A stretch of 64,000 bases of DNA from Takakia lepidozioides (Eukaryota > Plantae > Bryophyta): the NCBI GenBank assembly GCA_030704615.1, contig CM060731.1, positions 35,774,001 through 35,838,000 on the forward strand, in the 5' to 3' direction. The notes under the pieces were generated by a model, which made no database searches, was not told the DNA's origin, and saw nothing but the letters and a program-made list of their open reading frames with translations. The position numbers and the translations under genes were made by a program. Numbering within the stretch: the first letter of the stretch is position 1; every line of letters starts with the position of its first letter. Positions 51,701 to 63,859 of this stretch are shown in pieces.

Positions 51701-53317
51701 GACCGAGCAGCAGCAGGATACAGGGAAGGCCAGCTGTGAGGTACACGTGGAAATTCAGCCCTTGCCACGTACAAAGGCAGTAGCAGTCCAGGGGGCAATG
51801 GTGACAGAGCCGCCGGGCACACCGGATTCTGGTATGCAGGTATGTGGGAGTTTAAATGGGGAGGAAGATGCAGACGGGGACAAAACAAACAAGCAGGTTG
51901 CTTTAATTTCTCCTGCTCACATGTTGAAGCCAAATGTCAGTTTACTTCCTGGACCAACGAGGAAGCATTTACTAATTCTGGACTTAAATGGTCTGTTATG
52001 TGAATCTTTTCATTCTGCTAATGGGCCTGCATCCCTTCCCAAAGGTTTTGTGGGGAAGATGTGTGGCAAGAAGATGGTAGTTTTGAGACCACGCTGTTAT
52101 GACTTTTTGCAAAAGTGTTTTGAACACTTTGAGGTGGCGGTGTGGTCTTGTTGCCAAGCTCGCAACTTCTTCCCAATGGTGGACTATATTTTTGCAGCCC
52201 ACACTAAGCTGGTTTTCCAGTGGGATGCCCTTCACCTCCCATGCCGTAAGGGGTCTGATTCAAAGCCATTATATTTCAAGAACTTGTCTAGAGTGTGGGC
52301 AGACTGGCCAGAATGGACTTATGAGGACACTGTTCTTGTTGACGACACACCAAGAAAGGCGGCAAACAATCCTCCCTTCAGTGGGATTTTTCCAGAGCCA
52401 TGGAAAGTGCAACCAGATTCACCAACTGATGAGTATCTAACAGAGGTGTTGTGGCCTTTCTTGTGGAAGGCATCGAAAGCTGCCAGTATTCCCAAGTTTT
52501 TGGAGTCTCAGCCTGTTTTCGGACAACAACCATACAACACTGCTACTGTGAAGGTACAAACATTCTGACAGTGCTCCAGAGGCTACAATTTTGTGGGTTC
52601 ATTCATTGCATTGCTTTCCTGGATGCTTCTCCTCGGTTGCTTGATTAATGCTAGGTTTTCTTTGCAGGTTTTCATGTTGGCTTTTTTTGTTTGATTCATA
52701 CTTGGATTTTGTTTCTATTCACTATTCCTGTTTGCTCATTGCTTTCCTGGTTGTTCTCTGGTCTGTGACACAGGAACTTGTGACAAACAAAGGTGATATT
52801 GTCGACAAGCCGGTACAGACCAGGGGCAAGAGTGTCGACCCGGCGAGTAGCCCCCCAAAAGAGGTCTCACAACCACTGGAGACTGCAAATGGAGTAAGTC
52901 CAGGCCCTTGTCTTGTTTGTTTTATTTTTTCCAACCTTGGGGCTCTCTTTAATTCGCAAATGTTGAGTGTCCTAGTCGTGTGTATGTCATGGGTTTTCAC
53001 ATCGTGTTCTTTTTTGTGTGGAGTTGGGATCACAGTTCAGGGTGGGTGACGAGGTTCGGCTGTTGGATGTGAACTCCAAACGCAAGAAATGTGGAGTAGG
53101 GCTGATTGTTGCTCTTCAAGGTGCTGTGGTGGGTTACGGGTACCCTGCTGTGCCCCTTGATTATGCCTGTGTGTACATCAAAGAGGCATGTGTCAGTAAC
53201 ACCCCTCTACCATATGTGAATGGTGTTAGGAAACAGACCGAGTTGGGGCAGGTGGTTGGCCAGACAACACTTTGGAGTCTAAAGTTACTGAAACTTATGG
53301 AGCTGCGGAAGGGATAG
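48740..53317 (+). pseudogene. CACTA TnpA-like accessory gene with Transposase_24-like region, FCP1/NIF (HAD) phosphatase-like domain and C-terminal TNP1-like domain
   Basis: Exon 48740-48858 reads MVKRK...LTEYEKFRERRI. Exons ~49194-49470 and 50086-51040 follow (P/Y/G-rich tract, WNKLVSYW...NPTKTGRGG; frameshifts near 50320 and 50705). ORF 51393-52568 has LLILDLNGLL...LRP...FEVAVWS...YFKNLSRVW...TVLVDDTPRKAANNP. The last exon, to 53317, has GYPAVPLDYACVYI...TPLPY...LGQVVGQTTLW. Confidence 0.8.
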
Positions 53318-53934
53318 TCAGTATTGCACTGTTTAACAGAGTTCTTGATTCTAATAGCACTAGAACATACTAGCTACAACAATTCAGCCCATGTGTGGGC
53401 TTGCTTGTTTTTTGCTGGGCCTTTTGAGGCATGGATTTTTTGACCTTGTGGCTTTTGAGGTGTCCATTGGGACATTGGTCTCATTTGGATTTTTGTAATG
53501 TGATTTATAGGGCTTGTATTGCCCTGTAGTTGACTATTTTCATTCTCCTTGTGGTTGATAGTATGCAGGAGGGATCCATTCTGTTTTCATGTTGGAATTT
53601 CACCATGTAATGAAGATTTTAAATCATTTAATTCACTTTCATTTTAAATAATAATATTAAAAATAATACCATTTAAAAAAAAATTCCAAGGCTGCAATCT
53701 CCCTGTTCTTTTAAATATTAAATGAAAACTAAAAAATAAAATATAAACATTAAAAATATAAACTATTTCAGAAAACAATCTTGATGACACGTGGCATCAC
53801 TCTTGCTCTAACCAGAACACGTGGCAGTATATGACACGACATTTTTTATCCATATTTTCACCACGTGTAAAGATCCGTAGTCATATATGCTAGTCATATA
53901 TTTTGTCTGTGTGCCACATGTCACATCTCAAGTG

Positions 53935-54290
53935 CAACAGGTGTCCCGCTAACAACTCTCTATGTAGACATCCCTGTAGTCATATGAGCGAGTCATGTAG
54001 TCACCACGTGTGAAATCTGTCATAGCACACGTGTCCCGCTAGCGCCTCTCCATGTAGGCATCACTGTGCAGACATGTAGTCATACGATCATGGCAAGAAG
54101 TCGTGACATGTCAAATTCGCAGTGGCGCACGTGTCCATCCGTCGCCTCTCCATGTAGGCATCACTTTGCAGACATATAGTCATATGATCCCCTGACGAAT
54201 GCATGACGTGTCGCTTGCGCAGTGGCGAACGTGTCCCGCTGAAGCCTCTCCATGTAGGCAGCGCTCAACAGACAATGTAGTCATATATTA
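53935..54290. repeat. Four ~90-100 bp subterminal tandem units of the CACTA right arm
   Basis: GTGTCC....CTCTCCATGTAGGCA...GTAGTCAT recurs at about 53941, 54031, 54131 and 54231. Confidence 0.8.
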
Positions 54291-54914
54291 GTCATATAGT
54301 TGTGACTGCAACCCTCTCTGCAGCAGGACTCCAGGTGCCACACAAGCAGTCATGGATATGACTTGCAAAACGCAGTCCTAAAGACTAATCACTATGACAG
54401 GTCTTTTTTCACTACAGAGTGATGTAGTCATGAACGCATATAAGACTGAAAAAATAGTCATATGTGAAGTCATAAAAACGCTTATCTGTTGTAGTGACAT
54501 TACTATACATGGATGTAATTCTGGATTTTCTAAGCTTGATGTTTGATGGATAATGCCATTGTTAAGTGACTGATATGTCTGCTTATTATTCATGACAACG
54601 ACCCTAGAGGTCCTGTCTTTGTCTTGACATGACAAAAAGTATCTTCCCTTTCTTTTGTGCTGCTCACAAAAAAAAAAAAAACCACAGAGGGAAAGAGGGG
54701 GTAGAAAAAGTTAAAAAAAAAGAGGGAGAGAGTGTGAAGATATTCATGTCATGTCAAGACATGGACAAGACCCACTAGGGTCATTGTCAATTAAAGACAT
54801 AAATAGCCCATGACAGGGTACCATCTAACACTTCCAGTCTTGTCATAGCTACCAAATGACAACACCCATTCAGTCATGATAAAACACGGTGGGATGGCGG
54901 GGTTTATTCATGTT

Positions 54915-55660
54915 CAGATTCCTGACATGTACCCAAGTGACCCTATTGCACAATACAAGTTACATTGCAGCCTCAGATTATATCATCCATAATCATCCAC
55001 AAGATATGCATCACGCAAGATATCATAGGCATATAAGAACAACTTGCCACATTACAGATCCAAGATATGTATACACAAACATCTTGATGGACCAGCCTGC
55101 AATAAATCAGATTTCAAGCATGCAACCAAGTAAACTTCTTGGGCATGACAAAACATATTGCAGCTTCACTCTTTGCCATTTGTAAGTACCCCAAGACATG
55201 CATCATGCAAGGCCCATTGGGTAGGTAAGAACAACCTGCCATACTACAGATTCAGGATATGTTCATACAAGTATCTTGAAGGACCAGCCTGCAATTAATC
55301 AGATTTCAAGCATGCAACCAAGTAAGCTTCTTGGGCATGACAAAACATATTGCAGCTTCACTCTTTGCCATTTGTAAGTACCCCAAGACATGCATCATGC
55401 AAGGCCCATTGGGTAGGTAAGAACAGCCTGCCATACGACAGATTCAAGACATGTATACACAAACATCTTGATGGACCAGCCTGCAGTTTATTAGATTCCA
55501 AACATGCAACCAAGTGACCCTATTGGGCATGACAAGACAGACTGCAACTTCATTCTACATCATGTATAATTGCCCCAAGACATACATCATGTAAGACATT
55601 TTGGCATAGAAGAAAGGTCTGCCATATTACAGATTCAAAATATGGACATACAAAAACTTT
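54915..55660. repeat. 192 bp tandem repeat, about 4 copies
   Basis: The anchor AAGAACA.C.TGCC occurs at 55035, 55227 and 55419 (spacing 192), with diverged copies on both sides. Confidence 0.9.
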
Positions 55661-55931
55661 GAGTGCCCGAGACCAAGCCCACTTGGTCAAAAAAATAAAT
55701 CATACATTGCAGGTGCCTGGTCTGATGGCAAAATCAGGCAAATAATCTCTGGCAGAGGTCCAGTAGAGCTTACCAACACGGTTTCCAGGAGGTTTATGCC
55801 AAGTTTTGCAAATAAACCTCACTATGCTCCATTCCACATCAAATCCAGGCCTGAAAGAGGCCTGTCATTGCCTTATCAGGTTGTCATCTTTAAAGACATG
55901 GCCTCCTTTTCCTTAGAACCTAACAGCCATT

Positions 55932-58370
55932 GAAGCCTTACCCATAAACCATAACTCCTCTTTAAGGCCAAAACAATACCTAGCTTAATAATCCACAGGC
56001 AATGCTGTCAAAGATTCAAGACAAGGTAAGGTCCAGATGCTGGGCTTCAAGAGACAAGCCTGTCAGGCCGAACTGTTCCATCAAAGACAACAGATCATAA
56101 ATATCAAAAGTAAGCATCAGCATGCCAAACCAGGAGCAAGCGGGCCGAAATCGGGGCTGCCGGCAGCAGCCAACACTACAACAGATCGCGATATTTATGA
56201 CTGTATATATGACTATTCTGCAGTCATAAACAGTACATTTGACTTCTATGACTGTAAGTCGTGCAAACCAAGTCAATACAATGAGTACAAGATGGTACGG
56301 TCCGGATGATTACAGTCAGATGAACCAAGTGATATCTCTCACTACAGTCATATATACCATACTACAGCCGCCGCAGCCGCGCCACGTGGCGAGACGCAAT
56401 TGATTTAAAAAATTAAATTAAATTAAAATTAAAACTGAAAAAATAAAAATAAATATCAAACGTCGCATCATACCGCATTGTGCCACGTGGCATAATGCAT
56501 TTTATAATAATGAAAAAACCACGTGGCAGTCCATCTAGGGTACCATGTGTTATCTCTAGCTCGCCTACTAACCCTAGGGCCATCTTATCCATTTGATTGT
56601 ACTTAGAGGAGTTTGAACCTGCAACCTCTTTACTATAAGAGTTATTGTTCACTACCTGTTAACCAATACACCCATTAGTCATTCATATGATCATATGGTG
56701 TTTTAATTGTATTATACACACCAAATTACAAAATCCTCAGTAGTCATCATGACTATGTAATCTCATCCATGTACACTGTAGTCATGGAAATGACTATGAA
56801 TGGTGAACTAAATCTGGTCAATTGCCGTTGACCAGCCTTCCGTTAATTCTGGAGCCATGTAGTCACACAGACGACTACTTAGATAGTCGTTCATATAACT
56901 ACAGTCGTATGAACGACTGCGGGAGGTCAATTTCATATAAAAACATGGTGCAGTCATGGTCAAAGTCATGAAAACCATGACTACCACGGTTTGGCAGTCA
57001 TAACTACCGCGATCTGTTGTAATGCAAGTAAAGACGCCATACACACTAGGTTCTCGTTGCCCACATCCTTATCTGCAAGCTCAAGAGAATTCAAAGCAAG
57101 TAGGGATCCTCACCTGGTCTCATCACAAGCCCCCACAAAAACCCACACGTTAGTGAGGATTGTGGAACCCCAGGTGAATCACAGACCCCTACACTTGTCA
57201 TCAATGTCAACTAAGAACCTCAAAAGCAAGAGAGAAAGACATAAAACAAAATGAACCCTAATCACCAAAAGCACCTTGAGCGATTGAGGAAGATAACTGT
57301 GCGCCATCGCCACCAGCAAGCCACCTCCAGCAAAACAAATGAGAAGTGAAGCATACAAACACTCTTGCTAGGTTTAAGAAGGGAGAGAGAGATACTTCGC
57401 AACACAAGCGATGATGCATTCACAGCATCTCCCGCCTGTGAGAAGAGACAAAGCGCCGCCATTGCGCATCCCCAGGAGATCGTCCAGCATTGGTACGATG
57501 CAGCAAACATGATAGCAGCAAAACGCAGATGCCATAACGCTCATCCCGCGAGCTCAGAAGCACGAACAGTGCTTCTGACGGCGGGAGAGACACCCTAGGG
57601 CTCTTGCCCGATTTTTCATCCGTGCAGGATGAGTAATCAACACCACATTTTTCGAAACCCGACGGATGTCATCCGTTAGCTAGGTTTAAACAGTAGGTTA
57701 TAGGGTAGGGGTTAGGGTTTCACTCCTTAATTAACCATAATTAAGGGTAATTAAACATCGTTCCAGGGCCATCATAAGCTCCACATTTCATCCGGTTCAG
57801 ATGAAAAGTCATTGAGTTCATCCGTTGGAGAAAGTTCGTAAGTAGAATGGAAAAACAGTAAATAACATCCAAAGCATCGGTTTTACATCCTAACAGGTAA
57901 TTCAACATCCCCAAAAGAATTTTTTTTGTGTCTCATCCAGTACGGAAAAAAAACAATAAAAGAGGAATGAATGAATTAGTATCCTGGTATTTTTCATCCG
58001 GTATGGATGGAAAAAATAGGATGCCAGTGGCAACCCCTACAGAGGTAATTCCTCATTCTCTGGTGACTCATCCGGTATGGGTGAAAGTCAATAAAAGAAG
58101 AATGAAAAAAATCATAGACTCGGCTTAGAGGTAATTTAGTGTCCACCTTGGTAGTTCATCTGGTATGGATAAAAAATTGCTACAGGGCGGGTGAAAAAAC
58201 TGTCACAATCCATCCGGTATAGATGGAAAAACAAGAAATTAACACTGATAAAATCGGCCAATTCCAAGGAGGGAGGCAGATAGAGGGAGAGAGGGGGCAT
58301 CAAAGGGAAAAAAAAAAAAGTGGGGGAGGAGTGACTGAGCAGCAGCTGCTCAGTCAACCCCCCCATTTTT
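55932..58370 (+). repeat. Copy 2 of the ~1.4 kb direct repeat, with 1074 bp of extra sequence at 56143-57216
   Basis: Copy 1 reads GAGCAAGCG|ACCTCAAAAG contiguously. Here the two halves end at 56142 and resume at 57217. Confidence 0.9.
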
Positions 58371-59029
58371 TTGTTGTGTGGGCAACCTAAAGACATTATT
58401 CATTTTCTGATACACTGTCCAGGGTTCTCTCACCAAAGAGACGCTCTCTTCAAATCTATCAAGGGAATTGTGCATGTACCTCTGTTTACTAACTTTGAAA
58501 GTCTTGAGGATGAGCCAAAAGCCCAGCCCCTTCTGAGGCCTAGTTTTTGAACACATAGTAGATTGTGCTTGTGTGAAGGGATTTATAGAGGATATCTGGA
58601 AAACCCGGATTAATTATATATGTGAAGGTAAGTCTTACTACCAACGTCAGCCCCTGACAGAGGTAGGATCTGTCCCTTTTGTTTCCCCAAGAGAGGGGGC
58701 AACAAAGGAAAAAATAGAATGTGGGGGGGGGGGGGAGTGACTGAGCAGCAGCAGCAGCTCAATCACTCCCCCTCCCCCCCCCCCGGGACCTTATTTTCTT
58801 TGTTTGTTGCCCCCCCATGTCTCCCTCTCACTCCCTTTCTCTATCCCTTGCATCTTACTATATGTAAATTCATTGGACATTAAAGAATCTTTATCTTTAT
58901 CTTTTATCTATTTTTACCACTTACTACTTACCAGTACCTAGGGGGACTCTGCACACGCAAGGCCCCCCCAAAAAATGCAAACCATGACATAATAAATTAA
59001 TAGAAGTAGAGGTAATGATGAATAACCTT

Positions 59030-59350
59030 TGTGTATAGTCAAGACAAGACTACCTACGTATAAGGTCCAAGCTACTTGTAGCATCAAGATAATTATAGAC
59101 TCAAGCTAATGCGTAGTCTTATTGTTAAGGTCTAAGCTACTTTTAGCTTTATTATATTGTTTTTATCATTAAGGTAGTTGTAGACCTAAGCAATAACTAC
59201 AATAAGATCCTGCAAAGCTATTTTTAGTCTTAGGGTAGTTGTTGACCCAAGTGAATGTGTAATCAATATTAGACTTACCTATTTTGGACTTTAAAAAGTC
59301 CAAGCTGCTAAGGTAGTTGTAGACTCAAATGAATGTGTAGTCCTTATCGA
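59030..59350. repeat. Degenerate short tandem repeat (GGTAGTTGTAGAC.CAA / AAGCTACTT modules)
   Basis: The module recurs at about 59070, 59130, 59172, 59233 and 59311. Confidence 0.6.
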
Positions 59351-61912
59351 CTTAAGGCATGGCCCAATAAGCCCAATTTCGTGGCCATGAAGGCAAATGG
59401 GGCAGAACCGAAGCCCGAAGACTGTTACATGAGTTTGAACCCCAGACCCAGAGAAGAGATATCGCACCACCGGCCCACAACCCTATTTTGCGAAGCTAGT
59501 GATTATATCCAGAATTCTGATAATAGTTCTTTTTGAATTTTATTTTCATTTTTTGAGGAAAAGGAGAGGAAGCTCTTGAGAGCTTAATTAGATTATTGAA
59601 GGTAATAGTTTATTGCTTTCAGAACCATTAAAACAAGTAGTTTCAAACAATGCGGGAGAGCTATCTGCCAGACCAATTTCTAAAAGTGATCAGAATACGT
59701 CATGGGTTGTAGCTGATGAAATTTGTGGCAACTTCTAGCACGTTCTTGACTCTACCAACTTTGGTTGGGTCCAACCAAAATCTTGCAATTTTATTGGCCA
59801 TTATAATATCTACAGTGGATAAGACACCTCCTGCTATCACCAGCGGATATCAACTCGGTTATATACACATCGAGAACCAGAACTAGCCGCTTGTGGAACT
59901 TCCTGAGAACTGTACTTCCCGGGTATCTGCTGGTCTGGGAACCGGATGGATATACACAACCATTAAGGGGAAGATGAATACCTATAGAAAGCGGCGGGTA
60001 GTAGGCAGTAGTGAGTATCAATTCAATCCGCCTTTTATTTCTAGACCTTGACATGTTGCATTCAGTTGAATCCTTGGTACTAACAATGCCTTCATCTTTT
60101 GTGAATAATAAAATGATGCGTTTGCAACAAGAGTGAATGTGTAATTTAAAAAACGAAGAAGGTGTAACTTAGTGTAGCACGGTAACCAAGGATAACCAGG
60201 AGGTTGTGGGGACTTGCCCACCACCCGACCAGCCCCATTGGGAGACCATACAAAATTGTGAGCCCAAATGTATGGCTGAAGAATATGATCATGAATGTAA
60301 GTTTATATAGGAAGATAATAGGAATAATAGCAACACCATACAGTACACAAACTCTGTCCTCAATACCACTAAGTCCACATTTACTGCCCAAGCAAATGCT
60401 AGAGTACACAATGACTTACACTCAATTAAGAAGAGTACACATCCACTGCCTGCAAGCACACAGAAGCATACAAGCACTATCCTACATACCCATGAAGTAT
60501 ATAAGACTGCCCAAGTAGTGGCCATGGACCACATGTAAGACCTTATGGCAATCGATATGTGCAAAGACTACCTAAGCAGTGCCATGAAGCACATAATGAA
60601 TTCCCCCAACTTCCATAAAATGCATAGTCACAACCCCTAACATTGGGGGAGCTCAAAAACACAACCCTAGAGCTCGATGGCGGAGGGAGGCCTTCATTGT
60701 CCATTGCGACTCTCCGTAGTAACCTATATTGTGAAGTTGTTCCCGGAGTGGTTTTCGGACACCGAGTTGATTTGGAAAAGACACAATTCCTTCTAGTGCC
60801 AACGGCCGGCCGAGCCACTGAACTATCCATCCCCCACCCCTACAGATGCACTATCCTTCGTCAATTGTGGTTGTGTGGCCAGCGAGGTTACAGAGGCCTT
60901 CCATCCCTTCGTCTTTGCATATAGAAAATCTTCATTGAAATTTATCAAATGTGATGTGATAGGTGTTGTAGGACGTACCCGTGTCTCCATCAAAAAGTGG
61001 GTCGGCTTTGACGGTCAAATCTCCCCTAATTTTGTCACTAGGTACATGTAGTAGGTAGGAACCAGTTGGTACGGTTCATACCTGTGGATGTATGTTTGCT
61101 GTTAGATACAACTTCATCCATGGGACTAGGTCCTGTTTTGGGGTTGGCCCACCAAAAGGGCTCGCGACGCTTAGGGGTTAACATATGCATACTCGTGCAA
61201 ATATATATTTTTATAGAATATGCTGATAACAGGAACACATCTCTTCTTCTTCCTCCTTATCTACCCCCTTTCTGCTGGTAGGGTAAAACACCCTATGACC
61301 GTTCACCTCATAATTGCTTGGGTCAGGCCTGCATGAGCGACCATGGATGGACCCAAGACTGCTCATTTTTGCCACTTGGCAAACAGTTGTTTGATAGAAC
61401 CCCCAAGAAATATGAGTGGTCATAGGGCTCAAACTTCACACAAGCATTCGGATTGGTTCAACTTTGAAACCCCATAACTTTGTGTGGATTTCATGAAATC
61501 AGGCACTTCCAAATGTGTTGGGATGCCCCAGATTGGGGCATCTTATCAATTTATCCGGGGTAAAAACGACAAAAATTCATCGTTAGATCTTCCGCCATCT
61601 TTAGATGAACGGTCATAGGGTTTTCTACCCTACTTTTGGCTCGGAGTGGAACCTCAATTCTCAGCCTTCATGGCAAATAAAGGGAAGACAATAGGAATAA
61701 TGTAAGAACTTAATGGACGCGTGTGATCTGAAAGTACTTTCACTCCATCCCCGGTCTCCTCCGGCGGGTCCTATCAAGTCCTCCCCACCCCCTCTCACCA
61801 CGGTTTCACTATTAAATACTTTAGAATCCAAGTGGGTTGCAAGGTGGTGGGTAGCGTGTTGGTAAGGTGATAGCATTGCAAGAGGTACAAGGTTTGATTC
61901 TTGATGGGACGC

Positions 61913-62160
61913 TCTAACCCCGGTTGATGTAACCCTCCAATTGGTGTAACCCTCTGTAACCCCGGTTTCTCATGTAACTCCGGTTTCTCATGTAACTCTG
62001 GTTAGTCCATTTTATACTTAGCCACAACTTAGAGTCAAATTTCGAGACCAAGTGTGGGTTACACCGAGTGGAGTTATACACCTCGTCGTGTAACCCGATG
62101 TAACCCCAAGTGGAGTTACACAACTCATTGTATAACCCCGACTGGAGTTGACACTCCATC
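61913..62160. repeat. TGTAACCC/GGAGTTA short-repeat cluster, probably a TE remnant
   Basis: About ten TAACCC/TAACTC motifs in both orientations, including an exact CCGGTTTCTCATGTAACTC duplication. Confidence 0.55.
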
Positions 62161-62795
62161 AGTTCCATGTCGCTCTCAAGAGAGGGTGGGGAAGATTTGA
62201 CATCCGGAAACGGCCGTACCATCCTGTCAGATGTTGCACGTGTTCATTAAGTCATTACATTATTCCTATTATCTTCCCAAATAAACACACATGATGAAAA
62301 AAAAATGTTAACTGGTTAATGGACAGCAGGGCGACTAAAAACATTATACCCTGCCAAAGAGGAGCTGCAAGAGAAACCTTGACCAGAGCTACCGATTCCA
62401 AAGGTCAACTTTAACCTTTATTATTAGAAGGGGACAGTCGTACAATCCGCCAAGTCTCTGTTGCGTGTGGACTGTGTGATAACTGTTCGCTAAGATCCAA
62501 GGCTACTTACCATTCCCTTGTACGAATCAGGCTGGCTGAAATGTGGTCAGAAACTATGGGGAAGTCCCTCTATTAAGGCAATGCAGCTTTCAGCCCACCT
62601 GTGGAAGCTGCAGAACCAGTTCAGCAGCTTCGTACAAGGTGTTGATCAAGTGTGCGGAGAGTCGCGCGGCTTCTTCTACCGCCAGAAACTTCCCACCAAT
62701 CCTTCAGCTCCTGGAATTCGGAGTGCGTGTAACACATGAGGATCGGAGAGTCTCGCGCACGGGGCGGCTGAGTATAGATATATGCTCTTAACTAC

Positions 62796-63633
62796 ATGGA
62801 CACTAAAGGTCTAGTGCATGAAAGAGGGAGCTCAGATCTACCAATATTGGCTAAGATGACGAATTGGGGGATTCCCGCAGTGTGCGCAGTGTTGTGTGTA
62901 TATTGGGTAGCCACCATACTGTTCTGGCGATGGTGGAGACCTTACAGTAGACGCAGATTCTACGAGAAGCAAGGCATTCGGGGGCCTGCTTTCAGGCCCT
63001 TCATTGGGAATCTTCCGGAGATTCACGAGCTCCGGAGTTCCATCCCACGCAGTCTCCAGTTTACAGATCCCACTTCCGCTCGGACGATTCCATACCTTGT
63101 CACCTTTGCTAGGCAGTATGGTATGATCCATGGTTTTTGCACTCATCTACTTTATGATCTCGGAGCAGCACGGAGCATTATGTGCATTGATTGTTCAAGT
63201 TGTCATTAGATGTAGCGGACTTCAGATGTTTCTCAAGTAATGTGAAGTAGGCGAAGCAGTTAAATCTGCCCTGGAGTATATGGAGTGAGCCGTATCAGGA
63301 CTATGTTCATAATCTATAAATTAGATTCATTTGCTCTTGATGTACAAACCTTTCCAGTCGCCCTAGTTACTAAATGTTTGGATTATCTGGACCTCTTCAA
63401 TACAGGCAATGTGTCTATTCATGAAGTGGGATCGTCAACACGGCTTGAGGTCACGGATCCAACGCTGGTGAAACAAGTCTTCTTGTCGAAAGCTTCAGGC
63501 TACAGCAAATCTGTGCTGAATAACGAGGGCGAGACTTCCTTTGGTGGGGAGGGGCCTTCTCGTGTCTGAAGGTTCGCTTTGGAAGGAACAGCATAGGATC
63601 ATCAGCCCTTCTTTCCGTCCGAACCACCTAAAG
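62796..63633 (+). pseudogene. Cytochrome P450, CYP72 clan, 5' exons; frameshifted (pseudogene or sequence error); continues toward the window end
   Basis: Exon 1 (62796-63120) has a membrane anchor followed by WWRPY....YEKQGIRGPAFRPFIGNLPEI, a CYP72-clan N-terminal pattern. Exon 2 (63406-63633) reads LEVTDPTLVKQVF and then, in the +1 frame, LVGRGLLVSEGSLWKEQHRIISPSFRPNHLK. The exon is 228 nt, one base too long for a phase 1 to phase 0 junction. Confidence 0.85.
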
Positions 63634-63859
63634 GTACTAAAGTCATTCTACTTAACGATCTCGTACATGTTCTGAACAGGATGCTAAATCTCGAGAGACG
63701 GAAATTTTCCTGTAAAGAGATTGCAAGCATAGAATCATCAGCCCTTCTTTCCGCCCGAACCACCTGAAGGTAATAAAGTCATTCTACTTAACGAGTACAT
63801 GTTTGGAACATGATGCTAAATCTCGAGCGAGGGGAATTTTCCTGTAAAGAGATTTCAAG
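63590..63859 (+). repeat. ~135 bp tandem duplication spanning the P450 exon 2 end and splice donor
   Basis: AGCATAG.ATCATCAGCCCTTCTTTCCG.CCGAACCACCT.AAGGTA.TAAAGTCATTCTACTTAACGA... occurs at 63590 and again at 63726. Confidence 0.92.

Larger units (their letters stand above)
41827..54496. mobile_element. Full-length CACTA (En/Spm) transposon, 12.67 kb
   Basis: Left TIR CACTACAAGAGATGAGCGTTTTTAGGACTAC (41827). The right end, reverse-complemented, is CACTACAACAGATAAGCGTTTTTATGACTTC (ends 54496), with 4 mismatches in 31. GACTAC/GTAGTC subterminal repeats at both ends. Flanks CCA vs ACA (imperfect 3 bp TSD). Confidence 0.93.

Noticed and set aside
58400-62790. Additional pathway gene upstream of the P450
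   Set aside because: No ORF or exon set with recognisable enzyme motifs was found.
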